Below the pieces are notes generated by a model. That model was not told the origin of the DNA. It saw only the letters and a program-made list of their open reading frames with translations, and made no database searches. From IMG/VR virus record IMGVR_UViG_3300027760_000553, positions 1 through 64,000 of that record: a DNA stretch of 64,000 nt, one strand, 5' to 3'. The translations under genes and the position numbers were made by a program. Positions 1 through 9,774 of this stretch are shown one piece after another (position 1 is the stretch's first letter; every line of letters begins with the position of its first letter). Origin of the DNA: a virus. Taxonomy: Duplodnaviria; Caudoviricetes.

Positions 1-676
1 CAGGTGTTACTGCGGGTGTAACTGCTCCTGGCCATGGTCTGCCATCACTATCACAACATGTATCTCCACATTGTGAATCATAACTTGAACTCATGCCAGG
101 GAATGGGCATGTTGCTGGTGTAACTGCAGGAGTTACAGCAGTATACCTATAAATATATAATTCAGCAGCGTAACCACATTCAACAGAAGTATTTGCTCCT
201 GGAATCTGTGATGCAACTGTTCCATTATTTTGTGCAGTTGCTCCTTCAGCATTATCAAAATAATACGACCATTCATATATTAGGCCAGCATTATTGATTG
301 CATTTGCTGCCTGTGATTCAGTTAGTCCTAATACAGAAGGCATTGTACATCTTCCTGGAGTAACTGGTGTAACTGCAGGTGTAACTGCGGGTGTAACTGC
401 TGGAGTAACGGCTGGTGTTACAGGGGTGACTCCAACATATGTGTAATATCTTATGCTGATTATAGTTTCATAATTAACCAGCGTACCTGCTTGAACTGAT
501 TGTGATTCAACTTTATTATTTAGATTTTGATCTGATGTAGAAACTGGAGTACTTATAACAGCATAATTAAGATGAGATGATGAAAATGCACTTAAAGCAT
601 CTGATGATGTCATTCCAACTACATTTGGTACTAAAACCATACCTTTTGAAGATGCCCAGGATCCAAAGTTTAGCAT
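1..676 (-). CDS. PASTA-domain virion/tail-associated protein with (VTPA)n repeats; continues off the left window edge
   Basis: Manual translation from ATG 676: MLNFGSWASSKGMVLVPNVVGMTSSDA...VTPVTPAVTPAVTPAVTPAVTP...CTMPSVLGLTESQAANAINNAGL. Two VP/MPxVxG PASTA-like units; absent from the ORF track because it is truncated. Confidence 0.75.
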   Translation of the reverse strand, partial: MLNFGSWASSKGMVLVPNVVGMTSSDALSAFSSSHLNYAVISTPVSTSDQNLNNKVESQSVQAGTLVNYETIISIRYYTYVGVTPVTPAVTPAVTPAVTPAVTPVTPGRCTMPSVLGLTESQAANAINNAGLIYEWSYYFDNAEGATAQNNGTVASQIPGANTSVECGYAAELYIYRYTAVTPAVTPATCPFPGMSSSYDSQCGDTCCDSDGRPWPGAVTPAVTP

Positions 677-683
677 CTTTTAC

Positions 684-1313
684 CTACGCCGTTAAATCGC
701 CTATTAAAAGCCAAGTGTTTGTATCAATTTTTACCAATATTGCACCAGAGTATTGTGCTGCAATCTTTTTATTTGAAAACTTACTATTAATTGTTACTCC
801 GACTGCTCCTTGAAAAATAACATTGCCAGAACCATTGCGAACAATCTCAACTTTTTGACCCTTAATAAATGGAACAGAACTATTTAGTGGAACTGTAATT
901 GTTACATCAGAAGATGAGTCAACATTTAATGTTTTCCCAGCATCTGTTTTTGCAATTGTATAATTAGATAGAGTTGTCACTAAATCTGTAGCATCTCCAT
1001 AATAACGCCATTCACCATTATGGTAATACTGAATTTGATTAATTACATCACCATTATTATTTTGTCTTACAAAACAAACTACTCCATTGCTTGGAGAAGT
1101 AATTGCTGCATCTCTTGCAGTAAGGTTTTGAAAATTATTAACTCCAGCCTTTGCATTTGCAACGGTATCAAAAGTTACTACAGAACCAAATCTTTGATCT
1201 GCTGTCCATGTATATTGAGCGTTAGTATTAACTGCTCCACCCAACGCATACCAAGTCTGATTTGATGCATTATAGATATATGCTACTTTTCCATCTGAAT
1301 TAATTGTTGCCAT
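684..1313 (-). CDS. Putative virion/tail fibre-associated protein
   Basis: ORF track; C-terminal QYSGAILVKIDTNTWLLIGDL module is typical of phage tail accessory proteins; structural gene context. Confidence 0.55.
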   Translation of the reverse strand: MATINSDGKVAYIYNASNQTWYALGGAVNTNAQYTWTADQRFGSVVTFDTVANAKAGVNNFQNLTARDAAITSPSNGVVCFVRQNNNGDVINQIQYYHNGEWRYYGDATDLVTTLSNYTIAKTDAGKTLNVDSSSDVTITVPLNSSVPFIKGQKVEIVRNGSGNVIFQGAVGVTINSKFSNKKIAAQYSGAILVKIDTNTWLLIGDLTA

Positions 1314-1436
1314 CTGATGTTATCCCCAATGCTCTTAATTCTGCTTCTGTAATTCCAGTTGTTGCAACTAATTTTGCAATTCCAATTTCACGAAGTTGTT
1401 GTTCTGTAGTTTTTTCTATTGTTTTTGCTTTAGCCA

Positions 1437-1862
1437 TTATGCACCAATCTCTCTCCATGCAGAACCTGACCATACATACATTTTAAGCGGTGTTGTATCT
1501 GAATCTACCCATAGGGCACCAGTTGATGGATTTGAAGGTTGTGATGTTTGATATGATGCCGTAGCATATTGAATATTTGTTGTAACTGCAGTTGTTGAAT
1601 CAACCCAAATATATCCATTATCAATACCAGTTGGCATTGATGCTAATACAGCAGATCCAAGTCCATCTGCCTCAATATTATCAATTCTTGTATCTAGTGC
1701 CTTGATGTGTCCAACTACTGAGTTTGGAATTATTTCTGCTTCTGTAGATACCGTGGCAGATGTGCCATAATGATACAACTTAAACGCTGCTTGAATATCC
1801 GCTGCCTCATCAAGACCTGGGATTTTTGTGGGATAAACTGATCCAATATTTTCAGAAGCCAT
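1437..1862 (-). CDS. Putative virion structural protein
   Basis: ORF track; repeated GxxWVDS motifs and a WSGSAW ending, as seen in tail-associated proteins. Confidence 0.5.
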   Translation of the reverse strand: MASENIGSVYPTKIPGLDEAADIQAAFKLYHYGTSATVSTEAEIIPNSVVGHIKALDTRIDNIEADGLGSAVLASMPTGIDNGYIWVDSTTAVTTNIQYATASYQTSQPSNPSTGALWVDSDTTPLKMYVWSGSAWREIGA

Positions 1863-1870
1863 ACCTTAGA

Positions 1871-2446
1871 TTATACCACAGTAATGAATAAATGTACTGT
1901 TTGTACTCCAGTTAAACTTGACCAGGAATTATCAGAATATTTTACTGCTTTTACTGTCAGTGGCAGAGCAAGATTGTCTCCATCTGTAATAATTTCACCA
2001 ACACTGATAGAAGAAGATACTGGATTTTGATTTAAAATGCTATATTGAATATTAAAATTTTCTGCAGTAACAGATCCAATAAGTTCTGCTGGAACGATAT
2101 TAATTAATGGTACGTTTATCTGTCTTACTCCACTTGAATTAAATGTTCCAGTATTATTTAGGCTATGGGTATTTGGAATTAATTTAAATAGTTTTACCCA
2201 CTCATTAGTTCCAGCATTATTGATATATTGATAGTAGGCCAGATAGTCTTCATGGGATCTAAGATTGTTTATGCATAGGTCAAAAACTTTTGGTGTTTGT
2301 CCAATTGCAGTTTCGTTTGGATCTCCATTACAAATAAAAATTTGACTTCCACGATCACCTTGTGGACCAAAATCAACTTCTAGATTTATAGTTGCTGGGC
2401 CACCTAAAACTGTTATTTCGTCATTAGATAATAAAACATCAGGCAT
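1871..2446 (-). CDS. Putative virion/baseplate-associated protein
   Basis: ORF track; GPQGDRGS motif; context. Confidence 0.45.
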   Translation of the reverse strand: MPDVLLSNDEITVLGGPATINLEVDFGPQGDRGSQIFICNGDPNETAIGQTPKVFDLCINNLRSHEDYLAYYQYINNAGTNEWVKLFKLIPNTHSLNNTGTFNSSGVRQINVPLINIVPAELIGSVTAENFNIQYSILNQNPVSSSISVGEIITDGDNLALPLTVKAVKYSDNSWSSLTGVQTVHLFITVV

Positions 2447-2820
2447 TAGGATGTTGCTCCAGTAATTTGATCTGTAACATTTAATGTTCCAGTCAACAAT
2501 GTATGAACATAATTGTATGGTGTTGAATTCTTTGTAATTTCAACATCGTAAACATAGGTTGTAGAAGAATTCATAGTAGTTGAATCACCAGGACGAATTG
2601 TACAAGTAATATAGTTTCCAACATCACCACTTGTAATAACTGCAAGTGCTTCAATTTTTGAAGACACTCCAGCAGATCCACGGGCAGTTGAAATAGTAAA
2701 CTTAGGGTTTGTGTATTGTGTCAAATCAAATGTTGCACCATTAGAATCTTTAGGGTAAATACGAAATTCGTAAGTATCACCCTTATAGTATGAAATATTA
2801 TATGTACCTGGAAATGCCAT
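2446..2820 (-). CDS. BppU-N-like baseplate/tail adaptor protein
   Basis: YKGDTY...YVYDVEI...LLTGTLNV pattern. Confidence 0.5.
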   Translation of the reverse strand: MAFPGTYNISYYKGDTYEFRIYPKDSNGATFDLTQYTNPKFTISTARGSAGVSSKIEALAVITSGDVGNYITCTIRPGDSTTMNSSTTYVYDVEITKNSTPYNYVHTLLTGTLNVTDQITGATS

Positions 2821-2827
2821 AGTTTTA

Positions 2828-3556
2828 TTATACCACGCTGACGTATATTGATTTGATAATTACTGATGCATCATAATCTGTACGTATTTGAGGGATTGCC
2901 CCATTACCCCAAATTTTTTGATTTTCAATAAATACATGTTGAGTTACAGTAATTGGATATGTGTGCTGATATTTGAGGGAACCAATAAATTGAGCAATAT
3001 CTAACTGGCTATTAGCAGAATAAGTTCTAACCCATACCTCTGTATTGCTGCTATGGGTTGTTAGTTCAAAACTGTAGGTTATAAAAACTTGAGAGCCTTC
3101 TTTTAACCCTTTAAAATTAAAAGATCTAGAGTGATCATTCCACAAAGATGTACAACCTTTTGGAATATATTTTTCATTTGAAAGTCCTTCAGAATTTAAG
3201 AATACTGTTACCCATCCATCATCTCCTTCTGAAATTCCAAGTTTTATTGGTTTTTCAATTTTGTTAGTATAAGAAGCCCACCCTGCTTGTTGACCTGAAG
3301 AGGATAGACTGCTAAGTCCATCTGCCCCTTTTGGTCCCTTTTCACCTTTTGGTCCAATGTTTCCCGTGAAACCTTGTTCTCCTTTTTCTCCATCTTTCCC
3401 ATCTCTACCTGCTGGTCCTTGAGGACCTACTGGGCCAGGTACTGGAAGAAAAGAAAGTACATTATCTTGAGAAGCACCAGGTTGAGTTTGTTGAACTTGT
3501 GCTGCATAACTTGATTTTTGAGCACCAGGGAAATCCATAGATTTAGAAACAGCCAT
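2828..3556 (-). CDS. Collagen triple-helix (Gly-X-Y) fibre protein
   Basis: GPVGPQGPAGRDGKDGEKGEQGFTGNIGPKGEKGPKGADG. Confidence 0.8.
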   Translation of the reverse strand: MAVSKSMDFPGAQKSSYAAQVQQTQPGASQDNVLSFLPVPGPVGPQGPAGRDGKDGEKGEQGFTGNIGPKGEKGPKGADGLSSLSSSGQQAGWASYTNKIEKPIKLGISEGDDGWVTVFLNSEGLSNEKYIPKGCTSLWNDHSRSFNFKGLKEGSQVFITYSFELTTHSSNTEVWVRTYSANSQLDIAQFIGSLKYQHTYPITVTQHVFIENQKIWGNGAIPQIRTDYDASVIIKSIYVSVV

Positions 3557-3585
3557 GGTTAGATTATCTCACGTTTATTTAAAAA

Positions 3586-3672
3586 TTAGTTATTTGTTTT
3601 AAATGATTTACCATCAACACGGATAACAGGTGGTAATTCAGGTCTTGGTGTAGTAACTTTAACAACAGCCAT
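3586..3672 (-). CDS. 28-aa hypothetical micro-protein
   Basis: MAVVKVTTPRPELPPVIRVDGKSFKTNN; start overlaps the upstream stop (TAATG). Confidence 0.45.
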   Translation of the reverse strand: MAVVKVTTPRPELPPVIRVDGKSFKTNN

Positions 3673-4049
3673 TAAAGTGCTCCAGAGACGTCACCAATGA
3701 CTCGTATGGTACCAATTACAGGTGTCCACACAACAGTATCAATTGTAACTTCTAAATCAAATGTTAACTCTGCAATAGCAGATCCATAACCTGTTCCCCA
3801 AAATTTTGTTATCTCTGGAGAAGCCTTAATATCTACATATCCATTATGTGAGACAACCTCTAGTTCATCAATAATGTCACCCTTAAAGTCATAGGCGCTT
3901 GAAACATATGTCCAGTCAGAAGTATCAAAGTATGTGGATTCGTCATTATCTAGGAATTCAACTCTAATGGAAGCAGAGTCACCTCTAACAACATTCCACT
4001 TAATTTTTACGGGATCAGCACCAAAAACATCAGGTCCACAAATAGTCAT
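3672..4049 (-). CDS. BppU-N-like tail adaptor protein
   Basis: VRGDS...FDLEV...GTIRV pattern; leaderless TATAAT-N7-ATG start at 4049. Confidence 0.5.
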   Translation of the reverse strand: MTICGPDVFGADPVKIKWNVVRGDSASIRVEFLDNDESTYFDTSDWTYVSSAYDFKGDIIDELEVVSHNGYVDIKASPEITKFWGTGYGSAIAELTFDLEVTIDTVVWTPVIGTIRVIGDVSGAL

Positions 4050-4344
4050 AATCTTGATTATACCATAAAAATTCAAAAAGATACTCAGGATAGGTGGGTA
4101 TGAAGAGACTATCCTAAGTACCTATAATAAAATTATATCATATGAGCGTATATTAAAAATAAATCTTCAGGTTATAAAAAGTTTATCAAATCGTTATAAT
4201 TAAGAATGTCCGTTTTGTCTATTAAGAAATCAATTGTCAGAAGTAGGATGGTGTATACTTAAATATATATAAGAAAAGAACTATCTTTAAAAGTTTTATA
4301 TTTATATATCTTATATATTATATATAGCAAATAGGCAAATTAGA

Positions 4345-4611
4345 TTATTTTTTAGTCGAAGCAATATGTTCAAGCAAAATTTTATACATTTCGTCAAGTT
4401 TCTTTTCTTGGCGATCTCTAGATTTTATAGAGTCAATTCGTTGATCGTCCAAAGCGGTTTCTAATCTCGAAATTTGGTCTTTCATCGATGATCCAGAATT
4501 GGGTTTAAGTTCGACGAGATAATGCTTTACAAGCCATTTAATTCCAAAGGCGATTGTAGATACAATTGTAAGAATTGCTACTATTAATGAGGCCCAGTCT
4601 TGAATTGTCAT
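4345..4611 (-). CDS. Single-TM membrane protein (holin/lysis accessory-like)
   Basis: N-terminal hydrophobic helix followed by the PNSGSSMKD motif common in actinophage membrane proteins. Confidence 0.5.
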   Translation of the reverse strand: MTIQDWASLIVAILTIVSTIAFGIKWLVKHYLVELKPNSGSSMKDQISRLETALDDQRIDSIKSRDRQEKKLDEMYKILLEHIASTKK

Positions 4612-4767
4612 AACTAGATTATTATACATAGTGTTTTTTATTTTTTGAAACGGTATTTATGGCGTCGCCGAAATAGAAGTACTACAAACCACTATATGCT
4701 CTACTATGACAAACATTGACTTATATGAGCAAGTTATGGTATTATAGACATAGGAAAGTGGTGATTT

Positions 4768-5367
4768 ATGAAATGGTTAGATGATGTAGTTCCAAGACGC
4801 CTGGATAATTTTTTCACCCAAGAACAAATGAATGAAGCCTATAGGTATGTTAGACAAATGGAAAAACCATATGTATCCGAGCATACTGGATATTTTTCAT
4901 CTTTTATCTTTTATCCAGAAAGAATAATAAAAGAATTATTTGCAATTGTTGATAAATATGCTGAAGATGAAGGTGTTGATTTTAAATCAACTAGTCTTCA
5001 AACCCATATAGGTAAATATACGCTAGATACTGGGTTTAAACCAAAGTTAACACCACATACAGATCTAGGCCTTGAGTTTCATAGTATTACTATAAGTGTG
5101 TTGTTAAAAAAGAATATTGAATGGCCTATTGGGGTTAATTCAGATAGTTGGATTTTAAATCCTGGAGATGCCGTGATTTTTTCTGGCACAACACAAGTTC
5201 ATTGGAGACCTACTATTGACTTTAAAGAAGGTGACTTTGTAGAATCTTTGATTATTCAAGTTACAGATCAAAGACAAAGAAGAACTAAAGAAGATCAAGG
5301 CCTACAACAGAAAAAACTAATAGATTTTTACAACAAACTATTTACTGATGGTAGATTTATCATATGA
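4768..5367 (+). CDS. 2OG-Fe(II) oxygenase-like protein (HWR subfamily)
   Basis: PHTD...WPI...GDAVIFSGTTQVHWR; HxD...H triad. Confidence 0.7.
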   Translation: MKWLDDVVPRRLDNFFTQEQMNEAYRYVRQMEKPYVSEHTGYFSSFIFYPERIIKELFAIVDKYAEDEGVDFKSTSLQTHIGKYTLDTGFKPKLTPHTDLGLEFHSITISVLLKKNIEWPIGVNSDSWILNPGDAVIFSGTTQVHWRPTIDFKEGDFVESLIIQVTDQRQRRTKEDQGLQQKKLIDFYNKLFTDGRFII

Positions 5368-5555
5368 ACAAAGAAGATGTAGTAAAGTTGATGTCTGATG
5401 TAGTTGAAAAAGAAAACATTAAGATGGCTCAACATAGTAATGTCTCAGCCGAAATGATTGATGAGTATGTAAAACAATCTAGGCCAATGTTAGATCATTT
5501 AAATGAAAAAATATATGATGTACTTTTAAATGTTGGAATTATTAACAATGGTTGA
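5364..5555 (+). CDS. Hypothetical protein
   Basis: ORF track; overlaps both neighbours. Confidence 0.5.
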   Translation: MNKEDVVKLMSDVVEKENIKMAQHSNVSAEMIDEYVKQSRPMLDHLNEKIYDVLLNVGIINNG

Positions 5556-6273
5556 TGACTTTATTACAATTTACTATTGCACGGATCTTTATGTTAAAAA
5601 TGAAAAGTCTTATATACTAAGCAAAATGTTTTCAGATTTAATTAATGAAAAAGATCAGAATAAAAATACTGGTTCATTTTTGTCATGTCCTGCTGTAGGA
5701 CCACATTTTAAAAAGACAATTGTTGCAAATAGTACAAAATACTCAGAGCATATGATTGAAGGAGATAGAATACGTCCTTTAGGTCATGATCCATATCATG
5801 TAAAAAATGTAAGACCAAGAACACTTGGTATGGGGGCTACGTTTGAGTATCAAAGCCTTAGTATATTTTTTGCAGATTCACCACTAGAGACATTGTTTAC
5901 ATCTCCGTATTTTCATAAGGCTGGATATACTCAGTATGCAAGTTTAGTCCCTGGAAAATTTGACATAGGAAGTTGGTTTAGACCTTTTAATTTTGAAGTT
6001 CAGTCTTGGATAGAAAATGGAAAGATTATTATAAAAAAGGGTGAGCCACTTTTTTATATAAATTTTCTTACCGATAAAAAAATTGTTATGAAAGAGTTTA
6101 AGTACAATCACAAGTTTGCTGATTTTGCAGAATCACTTATCAAAACATCTTCTTTTCTTAAAGGAGAAGGTTTAGAAGGTCGATATGAGATTTTTAGCAA
6201 AAGTGATATTAGAACTAAGATTATGGAAGAGATCAAGAATAATTTATTGGATACGCCAGATATAATACTATAA
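5530..6273 (+). CDS. Hypothetical protein (DUF6065-like)
   Basis: CPA...VPGKFDIGSWFRP...KKGEPL; resembles 43604..44335. Confidence 0.5.
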   Translation: MLELLTMVDDFITIYYCTDLYVKNEKSYILSKMFSDLINEKDQNKNTGSFLSCPAVGPHFKKTIVANSTKYSEHMIEGDRIRPLGHDPYHVKNVRPRTLGMGATFEYQSLSIFFADSPLETLFTSPYFHKAGYTQYASLVPGKFDIGSWFRPFNFEVQSWIENGKIIIKKGEPLFYINFLTDKKIVMKEFKYNHKFADFAESLIKTSSFLKGEGLEGRYEIFSKSDIRTKIMEEIKNNLLDTPDIIL

Positions 6274-6446
6274 TGAAGAAACATGAAGATAAGGCTTGGC
6301 TTGAAGAACAATATGTGGATAATGAGAAATCATTAGATACCCTCGCACAAATGTGTAATGTAGATAAGAAAGTTATTATTAAAGCATTAAACGATTTTAG
6401 GATATACCGTAAATATGATCATACCAAACACCCTAAGCGTTGGTAG
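6273..6446 (+). CDS. Small HTH DNA-binding protein
   Basis: Manual translation MKKHEDKAWLEEQYVDNEKSLDTLAQMCNVDKKVIIKALNDFRI; resembles 54191..54346. Confidence 0.55.
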   Translation: MKKHEDKAWLEEQYVDNEKSLDTLAQMCNVDKKVIIKALNDFRIYRKYDHTKHPKRW

Positions 6447-6636
6447 AGCAAGTACAGTTATCGCAGCACTCTTCTTTAAACATTTTTAGTGCCAAACCAT
6501 CATTTTCTGGTCTTCCCAAATCATTCCAAAATATTTCCCTACCCATGTTATCTTTATCAAATATAGGTGTTGACTCAAACTGAAACTCTGGATCCCAGGC
6601 GTTTTCCAAATTGTCTAATATTCCCATAATGTCCAT
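6433..6636 (-). CDS. Hypothetical protein with Cys-rich C-terminus
   Basis: ORF track. Confidence 0.45.
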   Translation of the reverse strand: MDIMGILDNLENAWDPEFQFESTPIFDKDNMGREIFWNDLGRPENDGLALKMFKEECCDNCTCSTNA

Positions 6637-6777
6637 TATACACCAAATCTGAAAAATTTTAAAAATTGGGTTTTATGAAAATCTGAATATTTTGTCCAAA
6701 TGTATGATACACGATCTAAAAAATAAAACACCAAAAAGATAGTGTGCACATAATATACACACTACCTAGTAAAGTTG

Positions 6778-6957
6778 TTACACTTTTGTGCCTTGTATCC
6801 ACCCGCTATGGATTCCGACTAGTGGGGCATCTATGCACACCGCTTGTCCTTGATGTAGGGTGGCCTTGTATAATGTGATGAACTCTAATAGATGTTCCTT
6901 AGTATCAAACGACATTTCTTTAGTCGCTCCTGATGTGCTTGTTAGTGTTACTTTCAT
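6778..6957 (-). CDS. Hypothetical early protein, paralog of 10004..10186
   Basis: Manual translation MKVTLTSTSGATKEMSFDTKEHLLEFITLYKATLHQGQAVCIDAPLVGIHSGWIQGTKV; AGGAGAG RBS. Confidence 0.6.
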   Translation of the reverse strand: MKVTLTSTSGATKEMSFDTKEHLLEFITLYKATLHQGQAVCIDAPLVGIHSGWIQGTKV

Positions 6958-7099
6958 TTGTTTCTCTCCTTAGATACGCATTCACATTGTGTTACATTTA
7001 TTGTATCCTTACCTACTGATACATAGGCGATAGTTTCACACTTATCGCATATCCACATACCCGCAATTGGACCTAGTTCATCAAATAGATTTTCCATTG

Positions 7100-7315
7100 T
7101 TAGTTACCTACCTTGTTAGCAAATACCCATTTGCTCTCGTTAGGGGATAGGTATTTGTGAGAGATAAGGTTCTCACTTGCTACCATATAGACATATGCCA
7201 TACGGCTAATATAGTTACCATTAGCAAGGCGAAAGATATTGTTATTCTTAGTATTGCTACTAGACATAGGGTGAGTAGGTTCTGCTACTACAGTTATTTC
7301 ATTTAGTGATATCAT
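7100..7315 (-). CDS. Hypothetical early protein
   Basis: ORF track; RBS; lies downstream of a strong leftward promoter. Confidence 0.55.
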   Translation of the reverse strand: MISLNEITVVAEPTHPMSSSNTKNNNIFRLANGNYISRMAYVYMVASENLISHKYLSPNESKWVFANKVGN

Positions 7316-7435
7316 TTTGATACCCTTTCTTTTATTCGATAACCTTGTGTTATCTTTTTCCTTGACCTAGGTTATTTGCTCTTATTGAGAGGCTCACTAG
7401 GATTTTTCTTACTATTCAATTTTTCTTATACTAGA

Positions 7436-7464
7436 AGTATAGCATAAAAATGTCAAAAAGTCAA
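7436..7464 (-). promoter_or_regulatory. SigA-type leftward promoter
   Basis: TTGACT-17bp-TATACT with an extended -10 TG. Confidence 0.75.
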
Positions 7465-7495
7465 GTTTAGACACGGACAAATCGGACATTTTCTA

Positions 7496-7595
7496 TGTGA
7501 TATACACCACACTGATCGGCCAGCCCCCTGTGGATAACTTGTGTATAACTTGTGTATAACTAATGTGATGTATCTCATATGTGACTAATCTCACA
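7496..7595. promoter_or_regulatory. Cluster of CRP/GlxR-type palindromes and DnaA-type boxes
   Basis: TGTGA-N6-CCACA at 7496, TGTGA-N6-TCATA at 7564, TGTGA-N6-TCACA at 7580; TGTGGATAA at 7529 and TGTGTATAA at 7540 and 7551. Confidence 0.65.
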
Positions 7596-7622
7596 ATGTC
7601 CGAATTGGTATGATTTGTACCC

Positions 7623-7651
7623 CTGTAAATGTCAGACCCCCCTGCTATACT
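7623..7651 (+). promoter_or_regulatory. Early promoter with ATGTCAG spacer element
   Basis: CTGTAA-ATGTCAGACCCCCCTGC-TATACT. Confidence 0.65.
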
Positions 7652-7707
7652 TACAGTATAAAGAAAAACAAGAGGTAAAGAAATCCTCTAAAGAAAGGTG
7701 GTCTAAA

Positions 7708-7887
7708 ATGACTACACTAGAAATAACAAAGTGCGTAGAGCACACTCCTAATAAATCTGCTATCTCAGAATACGCAGATACACAATTCACATTCTGTGAG
7801 TCTTGTGAAAATAACATTGAGCGTTGGTATAACGATACCGACCCAGAGCGTCTACCTATGTGGACAGAATGGAAGGTGTCTAAGTAA
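7708..7887 (+). CDS. Small Cys/His zinc-binding protein, paralog of 8894..9073
   Basis: GAAAGG RBS; CVEH...QFTFCESCENNI...MWTEWKV. Confidence 0.65.
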   Translation: MTTLEITKCVEHTPNKSAISEYADTQFTFCESCENNIERWYNDTDPERLPMWTEWKVSK

Positions 7888-8051
7888 TGGCTACTGTAAT
7901 TGACAAAAACGAATTCTATTGGATTTGGGACATCTCGCACTATTGTTGTAATGAAGTACAATTCCGCTACCAATGTAAAGCGCATAGCGAACTAATGGGT
8001 TGCTACTATTGCGAATTTGATTACTCTAAAGAATGTGAGTGTGCCGAATGA
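7887..8051 (+). CDS. Small Cys-rich protein, paralog of 9073..9258
   Basis: YCCNEVQ...CKAH...GCYYCEFD...ECEC. Confidence 0.6.
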   Translation: MATVIDKNEFYWIWDISHYCCNEVQFRYQCKAHSELMGCYYCEFDYSKECECAE

Positions 8052-8710
8052 GCATTTGGACTAAATTCGCTACTGTAAACGACTACCCTAAAGGGCTAAT
8101 GAATTTATGCCCTTGCGGTCAAGTGGTATTAGCACCCGCTATGTATCACGAAGGTTTCCCTTGGTGGGAAAACCCTAATAAATGTAAAGAACTATTTGAG
8201 GGAGTAACTAAATGAGTACCTATGTACCTATCAAGTCAGTATGCGGTGCGGTTAGCACTACCATTGACATCTATGACTATGACCTAAACCCTAATGGGGT
8301 TGTGTGTTGTGATAATTGCGAAAGCATACTGTTGTGCCGTAAGGCTTGGGATTTCTTGTATAAGGTAGGTAAATAATGCCAGTATTTGAGTTCACTACAT
8401 TCATTGACATTGTTGCCGATAACTATGATGAGGCAATAAACGAATTTGATTTTAAATTAAAATACGGTGACATAGATAGAGGCTCTGTCTATGTCGCAGA
8501 CATTGAGGAGAAAGAATGAAAACACTTCAAGAAAAATTAGATGAAAGCGCAAAAGCGTTAGAACCAATACTTTGGGAATTACTAAATGAAATTGAGGAAA
8601 AATAAATGAGTAACTTTTTTATTAGCGGTAATGCTTTATTTTGGTTTTCTTTTATTTGTTTATTCTATGGATCTTATTTATTCGTGAAAGGCGAATAAAT
8701 TTGGCCAGCC

Positions 8711-8777
8711 AGTTATCCACATGATGCATATCACACCTACGATTTACGCTCAAGTTATCCACATGATGTAAGTCACA
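8711..8777. promoter_or_regulatory. Tandem DnaA box plus CRP-like box units
   Basis: Direct repeat AGTTATCCACATGATG at 8711 and 8753, each continuing to TCACA. Confidence 0.65.
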
Positions 8778-8810
8778 TTTCAAAATGTCCGTTTTGATAC
8801 GATTACTTGC

Positions 8811-8839
8811 GGGTAGATGTCAGACCCCTCTGTTATACT
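8811..8839 (+). promoter_or_regulatory. Early promoter with ATGTCAG spacer element
   Basis: GGGTAG-ATGTCAGACCCCTCTGT-TATACT. Confidence 0.6.
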
Positions 8840-8893
8840 TACTAGTATAAAGATTGAAAAAGAAGTAAATCTCATAAAGAAAGGAAGTCCAAA

Positions 8894-9073
8894 ATGACTT
8901 CACTAAACACAATAGTATGCGATACGCATACACCTCAAATGTCCGCTATCTCATCTCACAACGATGAGCAATTTACATTCTGCAAAATGTGTGAGCAAAA
9001 TATCTCACGATTTTGGTTAGAATTTGGTGGTGACCGCTTAGATATGTGGTCAGAATGGAAGGTGACTAACTAA
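8894..9073 (+). CDS. Small zinc-binding protein, paralog of 7708..7887
   Basis: Manual translation MTSLNTIVCDTHTPQMSAISSHNDEQFTFCKMCEQNISRFWLEFGGDRLDMWSEWKVTN. Confidence 0.65.
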   Translation: MTSLNTIVCDTHTPQMSAISSHNDEQFTFCKMCEQNISRFWLEFGGDRLDMWSEWKVTN

Positions 9074-9258
9074 TGAGTACACCTACACTTATTCTTTCTC
9101 ATATGCCTTTAACAAAAGTTTTCTTGCGTGGCACAAAACAATTCTTGTGTTGCGAGGAAATGCAAACCGCAATTTATTGCGATGAACACTTTGAATTTCA
9201 GGGTTGCCAATATTGCGACTTTGACCTATCTGCCTCAGAATGTGAGTGTGAAAACTAA
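9073..9258 (+). CDS. Small Cys-rich protein
   Basis: ORF track; LCCEEMQ...CDEH...GCQYCDFD...ECEC. Confidence 0.6.
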   Translation: MSTPTLILSHMPLTKVFLRGTKQFLCCEEMQTAIYCDEHFEFQGCQYCDFDLSASECECEN

Positions 9259-9372
9259 TGCAAAAAGAAATGATAACTTTATCTTGTCAGATTTGCGAAG
9301 AGCCTACTGTAGAGGTTGCTCTTGAAGATGCAAAACTTTTAACCGCTACTTGTCAAGAATGTTGGGGATAAA

Positions 9373-9498
9373 ATGTTAAAAGAAATAAAAAATAAAGTAA
9401 TTCGTATTCAAGAATTGCGCCGTAGTAATGCGGCAACACCAATTCCAAATAAAAAAAAATATACTAGAAAAGTAAAACATAAAAATAAATTGCAATAA
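9373..9498 (+). CDS. 41-aa basic protein (ELRRSNAA family)
   Basis: MLKEIKNKVIRIQELRRSNAATPIPNKKKYTRKVKHKNKLQ. Confidence 0.6.
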   Translation: MLKEIKNKVIRIQELRRSNAATPIPNKKKYTRKVKHKNKLQ

Positions 9499-9774
9499 AA
9501 AACCCGAGTTGACGCTGGCGCAGACGGCGTGTCGTTTAAGTACAATGTGGTTAAGATCACAGAAATATTTTCCTGAATTACGGCGTGTCGATTTGACTTT
9601 TTGACATTTATCTGGTAGTATTTTCTTATACAATTAAATAAGTAACAAAAACGATGTGACGAAACTCACACTCGTTGAGCGTCTCAAAGGTTGAGATTTT
9701 ATCGCTAGGATTTGATTTCTAGTAATAAAAATGCTAAAATAGATACATAAACAAAAAGAAAGAAGGTTCGCCTA

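Noticed and set aside
283-289. GGCCAGC copy near the window start
   Set aside because: Lies inside a coding sequence (NAGL codons) with none of the companion motifs
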